NCBI GenBank assembly: GCA_963700285.1
Contig: CAVOXA010000010.1
Coordinates: 928,001 to 992,000 of the forward strand
Direction of reading: 5' to 3'
DNA: 64,000 bases
Source: an uncultured Chloroflexia bacterium
Lineage (GTDB): Bacteria > Chloroflexota > Anaerolineae > JAAYZQ01
Below are positions 9,803-19,047 of the stretch, in pieces. Both the position numbers and the translations under genes were made by a program. The notes under the pieces are model-generated. The model saw nothing but the letters and a program-made list of their open reading frames with translations. It searched no databases and had not been told where the DNA came from. The number at the start of each line of letters is the position of its first letter. The first letter of the stretch is position 1.

Positions 9803-11554
9803 TTGCTTCGAACCATCCTGAATCGTAAACAATCAGAGATCCTGAACGATGAAAAAGCTGCGCTGGAGAGCCTGCAACTGGTCCTGGCCGGTTTTGACGT
9901 CAAGCCAGAGGATCAAAGAACCCTCCAGAAGTCGCTCCAGCAGCTCGACGAGCTTTTCCTGCTGGTCATCGTCGGTGAGTTCAATAGCGGCAAGTCAGCC
10001 TTTATCAACGCCCTCTTGGGCGAGCGCTATCTGCCCGAGGGAGTCACCCCCACCACGGCCCAGATCTATATCCTGCATCACGGTGAGGCCACGAACCGGG
10101 AGGTAGAAGAGGACGGATTGCTGACCGTCACCTACCCCGCCGACTTTTTGCGAGAGATCAACCTGGTGGACACGCCGGGTACCAATGCCATCATCCGCCG
10201 TCACGAACAACTGACCCAGGAGTTTGTGCCCCGCAGCGACCTGGTGATCTTTGTCACCTCGGCTGACCGCCCCTTCACCGAGAGCGAGCGGGCCTTTATG
10301 GAGCAGATCCGCGAGTGGGGCAAGAAGGTCATTATCGTCCTCAACAAGATTGACCTCCTGGCTGAGGAAGACGTGGCGGAGGTGGTACAGTTCATCCGCC
10401 AGAATGCCCTGGCCCTGCTGGGATTCACACCCGAGATCTTTCCCGTCTCGGCCCGGCAGGCGCTCCAGGCCAAGCAGGCCGGCAGCCGGAGCGAAGGCAA
10501 CGGGCTTTGGCAGGCCAGCCGCTTCCAGGCGGTGGAGACCTATATCCTCAAGACGTTGGACCAGAAAAGCCGCATCCGGCTCAAGCTGCGCAATCCGCTG
10601 GGTGTGGGCGAAAGACTGGTGGCCAGCTATCTGGAGTTGGCGCGCAACCGGCTGGCGCTGCTGGCCGAGGACCTGAAGGCCATCGGGAATATCGAAGGCC
10701 AGCTCGAGATCTACCAGGGCGACATGCAGAACGATTTTCGTTACCGCATGGCCGACGTGGAGAAGGTACTGCTGGCCATGAACAACCGGGGCATGGTCTA
10801 CTTTGACGAGACCCTGCGCCTGGCCCGCGTCCTGGACCTGGTTAACACCCAGCGCATCCAGATCGAGTTTGAGCGCCAGGTCGTGGCCGACACCCCCTAC
10901 AAGATCGAGGCGGAGGTCAACGACCTGATCGATTGGATGGTGGACAAGGACCTGCGCCAGTGGCAGGCGACCCTGGAGTACTTGGAGCGCCACCGGGCCA
11001 AGGTCTATGACCAGGAGGAGCGGATCATCGGCCAGGTGGGCGGCCCCTTTGAGTACAATCGCCGCGAACTCCTCGATTCAGTGGGTCGGGCGGCCAAGAA
11101 TGTGGTCAGAACCTACGACCGGGAGGCCGAGTCCCGCCACCTGGCCCAAGGGGTCCGTGACAGCGTCGCGGGTGTGGCCATCATCGAGGTAGGCGCCCTG
11201 GGGCTGGGCGCCATCTTGCTGGCTGTCCTGCATACCGCCCTTCTCGATTTCACGGGTGTACTGGCAGCCGGCACCCTGGCCGTCGTCGGCCTGCTTGTTA
11301 TCCCCGCCAAGCGGCGGCGGGCCAAGAATGACCTGCACAAGAAACTGGAAGACCTGCGCCAGCGGCTGGTGGCGGCCATGAGCGAGGAATTTGACCGGGA
11401 GCTGGCCCGCAGCCTGCAGCGGCTTCGCGAAGCCATTGCCCCCTACACGCGTTTTGTCCGCGCTGAGCAGCAAAAGCTCACCCGCATTGAGGCCGAGCTG
11501 GTGGAGATCAATTCGACACTGGGTCAGATCCGGACGCGGATCGAGAACCCGTAA
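9803..11554 (+). CDS. Bacterial dynamin-like GTPase
   Basis: G1 GEFNSGKS, G2 TPTT, G3 DTPG, G4 NKID, hydrophobic hairpin and C-terminal coiled coil; TTG start with AAGGAG. Confidence 0.9.
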   Translation: MLRTILNRKQSEILNDEKAALESLQLVLAGFDVKPEDQRTLQKSLQQLDELFLLVIVGEFNSGKSAFINALLGERYLPEGVTPTTAQIYILHHGEATNREVEEDGLLTVTYPADFLREINLVDTPGTNAIIRRHEQLTQEFVPRSDLVIFVTSADRPFTESERAFMEQIREWGKKVIIVLNKIDLLAEEDVAEVVQFIRQNALALLGFTPEIFPVSARQALQAKQAGSRSEGNGLWQASRFQAVETYILKTLDQKSRIRLKLRNPLGVGERLVASYLELARNRLALLAEDLKAIGNIEGQLEIYQGDMQNDFRYRMADVEKVLLAMNNRGMVYFDETLRLARVLDLVNTQRIQIEFERQVVADTPYKIEAEVNDLIDWMVDKDLRQWQATLEYLERHRAKVYDQEERIIGQVGGPFEYNRRELLDSVGRAAKNVVRTYDREAESRHLAQGVRDSVAGVAIIEVGALGLGAILLAVLHTALLDFTGVLAAGTLAVVGLLVIPAKRRRAKNDLHKKLEDLRQRLVAAMSEEFDRELARSLQRLREAIAPYTRFVRAEQQKLTRIEAELVEINSTLGQIRTRIENP

Positions 11555-11753
11555 CCGTGAGCCATTCGCCGTCATAGAGCGCGCCATCGAGATCGACCGT
11601 GTTGCCGTCGCCATCCTGTAACACGGCCTGCCCCCGCACCACCCGCCGGGCCTGTTGGTGGCCGATGGCATGACGCACCCTCAATCCTAGGAACAAGCGC
11701 CGGGGCTTGCCATCCACGTACACGGTGACGCGCCGGTCCGCCGGGTCTGTCAT
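11508..11753 (-). CDS. Small hypothetical protein (possible beta-grasp fold)
   Basis: ATGA overlap with the nucleotidase stop; VTVYVDG...LYDGE.L.V pattern. Confidence 0.55.
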   Translation of the reverse strand: MTDPADRRVTVYVDGKPRRLFLGLRVRHAIGHQQARRVVRGQAVLQDGDGNTVDLDGALYDGEWLTVTGSRSASGSDPVSN

Positions 11754-13405
11754 CGAGCGGTGATCCTGCCTTCCACCTTGGGATCGATGGGCGACCGGGC
11801 GCGGATGTACTCGGCCACGGCCCATACCTCCGCATCACCGTAAGTGGGGTTCAGCCCTTCCAGGAAGGTCTCCTGCCCATCTCCGCCCCCTGCCAGATAG
11901 TCGATCGTCACCACCCGGTAGTTCCTCGCCGGATCGAGGGGCGCGCCGCCAGCGGTGGCCTCCAAGATGCGCTGGCCAACCGGCTTGGACATGTCAAAGC
12001 GGAAGGTCATGCCCGCAACCTGCATGCTGCCTGCTTGTTCAGCCACAGAATGCTCGAGGATGCGCAGTACCTGCTCCCCGCTGAGGTCCAGGGCCATCAA
12101 CTGGTTATCAAAGGGCAGTACTGCGTAAAGCTGCCCATAGGTGATCGGTCCCTTGGGCAGCCCGGCTCGAATGCCGCCATTGTTGTGCATGGCGATGTCG
12201 GGCCGGCCGCCGTCGCTGAGGTCAGCGGCCAACATGGCATCCACGACCAGGTTGCCGAGAGCGAACTCACCGGCGCGCTGAGGCTCCAGCGCCCTGGATG
12301 TCTCGCCGATTGGCTGGTCCATCGTCTCGGCTGCCTGGGCCAGGGCCCCGTCAACCAAAGCCTTCACATCCTGGTTGATCTCGTCTACCTCGTTCGTCAC
12401 TGGCAGCAGTACCTTGCGCGGCGTATAGTCCACGATTTTCCCCGTCGCCAGATCTACCGTCAGTTCCAGCCGACCCAGTACCTGGCCCTTGGCCCCAGCC
12501 TGGACGATGACCGTGCCATTGACCTCTTTCGGGTGCTCCAGAAAGACGTGGCTATGCCCGCCGACAATCACGTCGATGCCATCCACAGCGGCAGCCAGGG
12601 CTTGATCGCCGTCATAGCCCAGATGGCTCAGTACCACGACCAGGCCGGCCTGGGCTTCGAGTTCAGGCAGGTAGCGGCGCGCCGTCTCCACTGCGCCTCG
12701 AAAGTCAAGGCCAGCGACGTTCTCCGCCCTGTTGATGGCGGGTGTATCGGGGTAGCTCAACCCCAGGATGGCGACCCTGGCGCCCCCTACCTCGACCACA
12801 GTATAGGGCGTCACCGCTTCCCAGACCTCTCCACTGCTCGCATCGAGAACGTTGGCTGCCAGTACTGGAAAGGCTGCCTGATTGATCCGCGCACGCAGCA
12901 GCTCCTGGCCCCAGTCGAACTCGTGGTTCCCCAGCGCCCAGGCATCGTAACCGGCCGCGTTCATGGCCGCCATTATCACTTCCCCCTGCGTGCTATTCGA
13001 CGCGTAGGTCCCCTGGAAGGTATCTCCGGCATCCAACAGCAGCGTGTGGTTGGGGTTCTCGGCGCGAAGCTCGTCGATCAGGCTCACCAGGTTTACCAAT
13101 CCACCGCTTTCAACTTGCTCACCGCCTTCGACCTGCGGCTCGATGGCCCCATGAAAGTCGTTGGTGTGGAGGATAATGATCGTTTCCGTCGTTGTGCTTT
13201 GGGGTTGTGCGGAGGCAGGCGGGATGATTTCGGGGGTGAGCCCTTCGGTCAAGGTGGAGGGCGAGATTGAGGATGGATCCATCACCTGGAGCAGGGCCGG
13301 CGACTCCTCACCGGCTGGAACAGGTGAGGATACGAGGAGGTAGACTCCGATACTTGCAACCAAGACCACCAGGATAGCGATGGCCACCCAGCCAAGTTTC
13401 CTCAC
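11750..13405 (-). CDS. Membrane-anchored 5'-nucleotidase / UDP-sugar hydrolase
   Basis: LHTNDFHG, DAGD, GNHEFD, SHLG, GGHSH, NNGGIR, YLAGGGDG; N-terminal TM anchor. Confidence 0.93.
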   Translation of the reverse strand: MRKLGWVAIAILVVLVASIGVYLLVSSPVPAGEESPALLQVMDPSSISPSTLTEGLTPEIIPPASAQPQSTTTETIIILHTNDFHGAIEPQVEGGEQVESGGLVNLVSLIDELRAENPNHTLLLDAGDTFQGTYASNSTQGEVIMAAMNAAGYDAWALGNHEFDWGQELLRARINQAAFPVLAANVLDASSGEVWEAVTPYTVVEVGGARVAILGLSYPDTPAINRAENVAGLDFRGAVETARRYLPELEAQAGLVVVLSHLGYDGDQALAAAVDGIDVIVGGHSHVFLEHPKEVNGTVIVQAGAKGQVLGRLELTVDLATGKIVDYTPRKVLLPVTNEVDEINQDVKALVDGALAQAAETMDQPIGETSRALEPQRAGEFALGNLVVDAMLAADLSDGGRPDIAMHNNGGIRAGLPKGPITYGQLYAVLPFDNQLMALDLSGEQVLRILEHSVAEQAGSMQVAGMTFRFDMSKPVGQRILEATAGGAPLDPARNYRVVTIDYLAGGGDGQETFLEGLNPTYGDAEVWAVAEYIRARSPIDPKVEGRITAR

Positions 13406-13584
13406 AGGACTTTCCTCGCTCAGAGAGTGCCAGCATTGTAGCCCAACCAAGGCCCGCGCGCAAATCCCGTGCCGCGGGGCGTCTGCCAGGTGCGTGGCCA
13501 AGACCTGCGAAGTTTTTCTGCGCCTCCGGTTCGCCTCTACCCAGTTCCCACCAGCCTACCTAAACCATCGCTGATTATGTAGGC

Positions 13585-13613
13585 TTGAAATTCCGCCCGG
13601 AACATGATACAAT
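13585..13613 (+). promoter_or_regulatory. Putative sigma70 promoter upstream of pcm
   Basis: TTGAAA, 17 bp, TACAAT with extended TG. Confidence 0.55.
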
Positions 13614-13697
13614 AGGTCTGGTACTTGCGGCCCGTGCAGAGTTGCTGCAATTGTTCCAGGAGAGGGATCTGGTCGACTACAGGCAAAGAGTATTACC

Positions 13698-14540
13698 ATG
13701 TTCGGAAAACGATGCTACCGCGGAATCTCACCCTCAGGAACGGCGTTGTTCCTGTCTGTGGCTGCTGCCCTGATCTTTTTGGGTAGTTGCGGTCCGTTGC
13801 TGGAACCCACGGTCTTGCCGGCCCAAAGTACAGAGCCACGGACCGAGCCCTCGGACACACCCGTAACCCCCACGCAGTCGCCCCCCACGGCGGCCCAAGA
13901 AGAGAGCGATGACCGGCTGGAGGAAAGAATGAAGATGGTGGAGACCCAGATCCGTGGCCGGGGTGTGACGGACGAGGATGTACTAGCCGCCCTGGAGCGG
14001 GTGCCCCGGCACGAGTTCGTACCAGACCAATACCAGTCCCAAGCCTACGCCGACCACCCCCTGCCCATCGGCCACGGCCAGACCATCTCCCAGCCCTACA
14101 TCGTGGCCCTAATGACCGAGCTCCTGGAGCTGGAAACCACCGACCGCGTGCTGGAGATCGGCACCGGCTCGGGCTACCAGGCCGCCGTCCTGGCCGAGAT
14201 CGTCGGCGAGGTCTATACCATCGAGATCATCGAAGCCCTGGCCGTCGAGGCCCGCGAGCGGCTGGGGCGCCTCGGCTATGACAACATCCACCCCCTCCAT
14301 GCCGATGGTTACTATGGCTGGGAAGAACACGCCCCCTACGATGCCATCATCGTCACTGCCGCCCCCGACCATATTCCCCAACCCCTGGTGCAGCAGCTAA
14401 AGGATGGCGCTCAACTGGTGATCCCCGTCGGCCCACCGGGTGGCTACCAGAGCCTGTGGCAGATCACCAAAGAGGGGGACCAGGTCAAAAAGCGCAATGT
14501 CAGTGGTGTGCTCTTTGTGCCGCTCACAGGCGAGCACTAG
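13698..14540 (+). CDS. pcm: Protein-L-isoaspartate O-methyltransferase with lipoprotein-like N-terminus
   Basis: VPRHEF, GQTISQP, VLEIGTGSGYQ, APYDAIIVTA; LGSC lipobox. Confidence 0.95.
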   Translation: MFGKRCYRGISPSGTALFLSVAAALIFLGSCGPLLEPTVLPAQSTEPRTEPSDTPVTPTQSPPTAAQEESDDRLEERMKMVETQIRGRGVTDEDVLAALERVPRHEFVPDQYQSQAYADHPLPIGHGQTISQPYIVALMTELLELETTDRVLEIGTGSGYQAAVLAEIVGEVYTIEIIEALAVEARERLGRLGYDNIHPLHADGYYGWEEHAPYDAIIVTAAPDHIPQPLVQQLKDGAQLVIPVGPPGGYQSLWQITKEGDQVKKRNVSGVLFVPLTGEH

Positions 14541-14709
14541 GAGAGCGAAAACCCTGGGAGGTGTTGTGATTCCTCCAAGATCCAGCCGTTTACTGTTCAG
14601 CCCAATCCATCTGGGGCTGGTCGTCATCCTGCTACTCGGTTTGCTGGGAACTGTTTCCACCTCGTTGACCCATCATCGGGTGCAACAGCGAGCGACAAAG
14701 GGGGCACTG

Positions 14710-16011
14710 ATGAAAGCGCGAATTTTATCCAGATTTCTTCTTGTACTAGCATTGATCCTGGTCGTAGGCTCGGGCCCGGTGCAAGGCGCCCAGACCGTTG
14801 CCCATCCGGCTCCGGCCAGCGCGAACGCGGACCCAGCCGCTACAGCCCCGTGGTTCATCGAGACGGTGGACCCGGCCCTGGGCGTCGGCTCGTACGTATC
14901 GGTAGCGATTGATCCGGATAACGATACCACGTACATCAGCTACTATGACAACGCCAACAAAGACCTCAAGATGGCGACATACGTCGGCTCAGGCGGTAAT
15001 TGCAGCGCTGATAGCAACTGGTCTTGTGAGACGGTGGACAGCAGCGGTGACGTGGGCAAGTACAGCTCCATCGCCATTGATCCAACGACCCACCTGCCGG
15101 CTATCGCTTACTGGAGGACGTCCCCCTCGAATCTCAAGCTGGCCACCGCGTGGAATGGCGGTTGGGATATCATCACCGTTGACGAGTTCTCAGGAAGCTA
15201 CGCATCGCTCAAGATCGACGCCACAGGCGCAGCACACGTCGTCTATCACCGTCCTATTGAGGGTCTGATGTATGCAAGGCGTGTCGGGGGTGGATCGGGC
15301 AATTGCGGAGGGAACAATTACAGGTGTGATGTCATACACCAAGGGAATGGGATTGGCCACTACGCTTCCCTGGCCCTAGACGCGACCGGTCAACCCCGGA
15401 TTGCCTACCATGAAGGGGGCGGCGGCCTCTGGTATGCCCAGCCTGGCGGTTCTGGCAACTGTGGCCCCGGAAATGACTGGGACTGCAACTCCATTTCGGC
15501 CTCCCCGGGTGCAGGCACGTATGCCTCCCTGGACGTGGACAATTCCAACACCCCCCACGTCGCCTACTATGACGCGGGTAAGCTAATGTATGCTGTTTTG
15601 AAGGGGTCAAACGGCAACTGCGGCTCTCTTAACGCGTGGCGGTGTGACGAGATCGACGCCATGGGAACCGATGCACACACCAGGGACGTATCCTTGGCCG
15701 TGGACAACGCCGGCTTGCCAGTCATCGCTTATCACAGGTATATCATTGGCGATCCATTTTCAGCAGTGACTTTCAATGTGGCACGACCTGCCGTGGCCCT
15801 GGATCTACAGAGTGGAAATTGTGGCCCGGGGAATCTCTGGCGGTGTGAGAGAATTCGAGATTCTGGGCACTCGGGCGACTATTCAGCGATCGCGGTCCAC
15901 CCCTCCGGACTGGCTACCATCGCCTACCTCGATTCGAAGTATTTCGGTGCGCTAAAGGTTGCCTACCAACGATTCCAGGTCTTCCTGCCGTTGGTTGTCA
16001 AGAATCAATAG
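14710..16011 (+). CDS. Secreted Cys-repeat beta-propeller-like protein with C-terminal VFLPLVVK motif
   Basis: Signal peptide from ATG 14710; five GNC-x6/7-C repeats; blade motif Y.S.A.D..G.P.IAY. Confidence 0.8.
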   Translation: MKARILSRFLLVLALILVVGSGPVQGAQTVAHPAPASANADPAATAPWFIETVDPALGVGSYVSVAIDPDNDTTYISYYDNANKDLKMATYVGSGGNCSADSNWSCETVDSSGDVGKYSSIAIDPTTHLPAIAYWRTSPSNLKLATAWNGGWDIITVDEFSGSYASLKIDATGAAHVVYHRPIEGLMYARRVGGGSGNCGGNNYRCDVIHQGNGIGHYASLALDATGQPRIAYHEGGGGLWYAQPGGSGNCGPGNDWDCNSISASPGAGTYASLDVDNSNTPHVAYYDAGKLMYAVLKGSNGNCGSLNAWRCDEIDAMGTDAHTRDVSLAVDNAGLPVIAYHRYIIGDPFSAVTFNVARPAVALDLQSGNCGPGNLWRCERIRDSGHSGDYSAIAVHPSGLATIAYLDSKYFGALKVAYQRFQVFLPLVVKNQ

Positions 16012-16158
16012 TCTGTGTACGACGGTGGCGACACCTGGCCGCCGGTCTGGCTTGCTCCGATGCACTTGACCATCGCCGGTCTGAACCCTTGCCCAGCAGA
16101 TGTCTTCCTGCCCATCGTCCAGCGGCCTTATGCCTATCTCTACCAACAAAGACAGCGT

Positions 16159-16187
16159 TTGACACCCTGGCCTAGACACTCTATACT
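16159..16187 (+). promoter_or_regulatory. Sigma70 promoter of the GcvT-family gene
   Basis: TTGACA, 17 bp, TATACT. Confidence 0.75.
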
Positions 16188-16249
16188 GTGTCGCACGAAA
16201 TACCGAGAGATATCACGCTTGGGATAAGCGGACACAGGGACAGAAATCG

Positions 16250-16282
16250 AGGACTGGCGGTCCTCGGAGGACCGCCAGTCCT
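16250..16282. repeat. Perfect 33-bp inverted repeat (16-bp arms, 1-nt spacer)
   Basis: AGGACTGGCGGTCCTC-G-GAGGACCGCCAGTCCT. Confidence 0.9.
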
Positions 16283-16330
16283 AATCAGGTTACTATAGAG
16301 GTTGTACAGCACTTTTTCAGAGGAGGAAAC

Positions 16331-18817
16331 ATGGCTGAAAAGCATTCATCAGGAACAGCGTCCTTTCCCGCTCAGGCCCAGGTGGTGGTCATTGGCGGTG
16401 GGGTCATCGGCTGCAGCGTCGCCTATCATCTGACCAAGCTGGGCTGGCGCGACGTCGTCCTGCTGGAGAGGACGCAACTGACGGCCGGAACCACCTGGCA
16501 CGCGGCGGGTTTGATCGTCAGCGGCTTCTCGACCGAGACCGACACCTACATGGCCAAATATACCCGCGACCTGTACGAAAGGCTGGGCGAGGAGACCGGA
16601 CAGGACACGGGCTTAAAAGCTGTGGGCTATATGCAGATCGCCAGTAATCCGGAGCGGCTGCACAGCCTGCGCCGCAGAGCTGATACCTGCCGCGGGCATG
16701 GCATCTCTACAGAAGAAATCTCTGCCTCTGAGATCAAAAAGATGTGGCCTCTGTTCCATACGGACGATATTCTCGCCGGCTTCTACACGGCCGAGGATGG
16801 CCGCGTGAATCCCATTGACGTCACGATGGCGCTGGCCAAAGGGGCCAGGATGGGCGGCGCGCGCATCCTGGAAGAAACCGCGGTCACGGGGATCGTGCAA
16901 GAGAGGGGACGCGTGAAAGGGGTAGTCACTGGTAAGGGCGAGATCGAGGCGGAATACGTGGTCAACTGCGGTGGCATGTGGGCCCGAGAGCTGGGAAAGA
17001 TGGCCGGGGTCAACGTACCCTTGCACGCCGCCGAGCACTACTATCTGATCACCGAACCGATGGAGGGCATGCGCCGGGACATGCCCATCGTCGAAGACCC
17101 GGACCTTTTTGCCTATTATCGCGACGAAATGGGCGGGCTGATGCTGGGCCTTTTTGAACCCGTAGCGAAACCCTGGGGAGGACCCAAGCCTGGGAGCTTG
17201 ACCGGTATCCCCAAATCCTTCAGCTTTGGCGAGATCCCGCCCGATTGGGAGCGCATGACGCCCCACCTCGAGCTGGCAATGGAGCGCATCCCCGCCGCAA
17301 GGGACGCGGGTGTCCACAAGTTCTTCTGCGGCCCCGAGAGCTTTACGCCCGACATGGGCCCCCTGATGGGCGAGGCTCCAGAGTTAAAGAACTATTACGT
17401 CGCTGCGGGTTTCAACTCGCTGGGCATTCTTTTTGGCGGCGGGGCCGGGCAGGTCATGGCCCAATGGATCGTTGACGGCCTGCCACCGGTTGACGTCAGC
17501 GACATCAACATCGCCCGCATGGCGCCCTTTCAGAACAACCCCCGGTATTTGCACGACCGCACGGTAGAGTTGCTCGGCTGGCAGTACACAAGCTGGCCCA
17601 ACCTGCAGCCCGAGACGGCGCGGGACGCGCGCCGGTCGGCGATGCACGACCGCCTGGCCGCCGCCGGGGCCTATTTCGGGCAATCGGTAGGGTGGGAGTA
17701 CCCCGACTGGTTCGCGCCCCAGGGCATTGAGCCCAAGGTCGAGTACTCGTGGGGTCGGCAGAATTGGTTCGAGTACGCCGCGGCAGAGCACAGGGCAGCG
17801 CGGGAAGACGTGATCCTGATGGATCTGACCCACATGGCCAAGATCCTCGTCCAGGGCTGTGACGCGGAAAAGGTCCTCAACCGCATCTGTGCCAACGACG
17901 TAGCCGTGGCGGTGGGCCGCATCGTCTACACCCAGTGGTTGAACGAGCGCGGCACCATCGAAGCGGACCTGACGGTGACTCGCCTGGCGGAGGACAGCTA
18001 TCTCCTGGTCCTGGTAGACGCGGCACAGACCCACGCCAAAGCCTGGCTTGAGCGCCACATCCCCCCAGAGGCTCACGTCTTTGTCACCGATGTGACCTCA
18101 GCCTACAACATCATCAGCGTGCAGGGGCCGAAATCCCGCCAGCTTATCAGCGGCCTGACCCACGCCGATATGTCGAATAAAGCCTTCCCCTACCTCACCA
18201 TGCAAGAGATCGACATGGGCTACGCGCTGGTCAAGGCGCTGCGCGTTACCTACGTGGGCGAACTGGGCTGGGAGCTCTATGTGCCAACCGAGTTTACACT
18301 TCACGTCTTCGACAGGCTGGTGGGTGCGGGCGCGGACGTGGGCCTGAGACACGCTGGCTTTCAGGCGCTGAACACGCTGCGGTTGGAAAAAGCCTACCGT
18401 GACTATGGCTACGACATCGACAATACAGACACACCGCTGGAGACGGGCCTGGGCTTTGCCGTAGCTTTTGACAAGCCCGGCGGCTTTATCGGCAAAGAAG
18501 CGCTCTTGCGGATAAAAGAAGACGGCATGCACAAACACCGCCTCGTGCAGTTCCTGCTAAAAGACCCGGAGCCTTTGCTGTTCGGCAGCGAGCCGATCTA
18601 CCGGGATGGGCTGCTGGTTGGTTACCTCGCCAGCGGAGGCTACGGGCATACACTGGGCGGGGCTGTGGGTCTGGGTCATGTCGAGAACGATCAAGGCACC
18701 ACGGCCGATTTCTTCAAGAGCGGCAGCTACGAGATCGAGGTAGCTGGGGTGCGCTACCCCGCCAAGGTCTCATTGCGGCCCATGTACGATCCCAAAGGCG
18801 AGCGGGTGCGTTCCTGA
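16331..18817 (+). CDS. GcvT-family FAD-dependent oxidoreductase (dimethylglycine/sarcosine dehydrogenase-like)
   Basis: GGGVIG, GTTWHAAG, GPESFTPD, YVGELGWE, LRLEKAY; AGGAGG-type SD. Confidence 0.93.
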   Translation: MAEKHSSGTASFPAQAQVVVIGGGVIGCSVAYHLTKLGWRDVVLLERTQLTAGTTWHAAGLIVSGFSTETDTYMAKYTRDLYERLGEETGQDTGLKAVGYMQIASNPERLHSLRRRADTCRGHGISTEEISASEIKKMWPLFHTDDILAGFYTAEDGRVNPIDVTMALAKGARMGGARILEETAVTGIVQERGRVKGVVTGKGEIEAEYVVNCGGMWARELGKMAGVNVPLHAAEHYYLITEPMEGMRRDMPIVEDPDLFAYYRDEMGGLMLGLFEPVAKPWGGPKPGSLTGIPKSFSFGEIPPDWERMTPHLELAMERIPAARDAGVHKFFCGPESFTPDMGPLMGEAPELKNYYVAAGFNSLGILFGGGAGQVMAQWIVDGLPPVDVSDINIARMAPFQNNPRYLHDRTVELLGWQYTSWPNLQPETARDARRSAMHDRLAAAGAYFGQSVGWEYPDWFAPQGIEPKVEYSWGRQNWFEYAAAEHRAAREDVILMDLTHMAKILVQGCDAEKVLNRICANDVAVAVGRIVYTQWLNERGTIEADLTVTRLAEDSYLLVLVDAAQTHAKAWLERHIPPEAHVFVTDVTSAYNIISVQGPKSRQLISGLTHADMSNKAFPYLTMQEIDMGYALVKALRVTYVGELGWELYVPTEFTLHVFDRLVGAGADVGLRHAGFQALNTLRLEKAYRDYGYDIDNTDTPLETGLGFAVAFDKPGGFIGKEALLRIKEDGMHKHRLVQFLLKDPEPLLFGSEPIYRDGLLVGYLASGGYGHTLGGAVGLGHVENDQGTTADFFKSGSYEIEVAGVRYPAKVSLRPMYDPKGERVRS

Positions 18818-19047
18818 AAGCAATGCTGAGATGGCGCCCAATAGCCTTTCGCTTTTGCCGTGTGGCCGGGACCTGGCTGGCTGGTTCCTTAAAAATGATG
18901 GGCTTGTGCTAACGATCAGAAGGCCAATTTGACCCTGAGGACATATTCGCTTACAATGGTACCCGATCCAAAGGAAAGGCGAGAGGAATTGGTTACGCTT
19001 GCACTTTGTCTCATCTTTCAGGTCCGCAGGGAGGAGGCCTAAACGTC

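Noticed and set aside
14440-14709. N-terminal extension of the secreted protein
   Set aside because: It overlaps pcm; the signal peptide begins at ATG 14710.
16190-16330. Glycine riboswitch upstream of the GcvT-family gene
   Set aside because: The conserved GGAGA..CCGAAG..CTCAGG core is not found; only hairpins are present.
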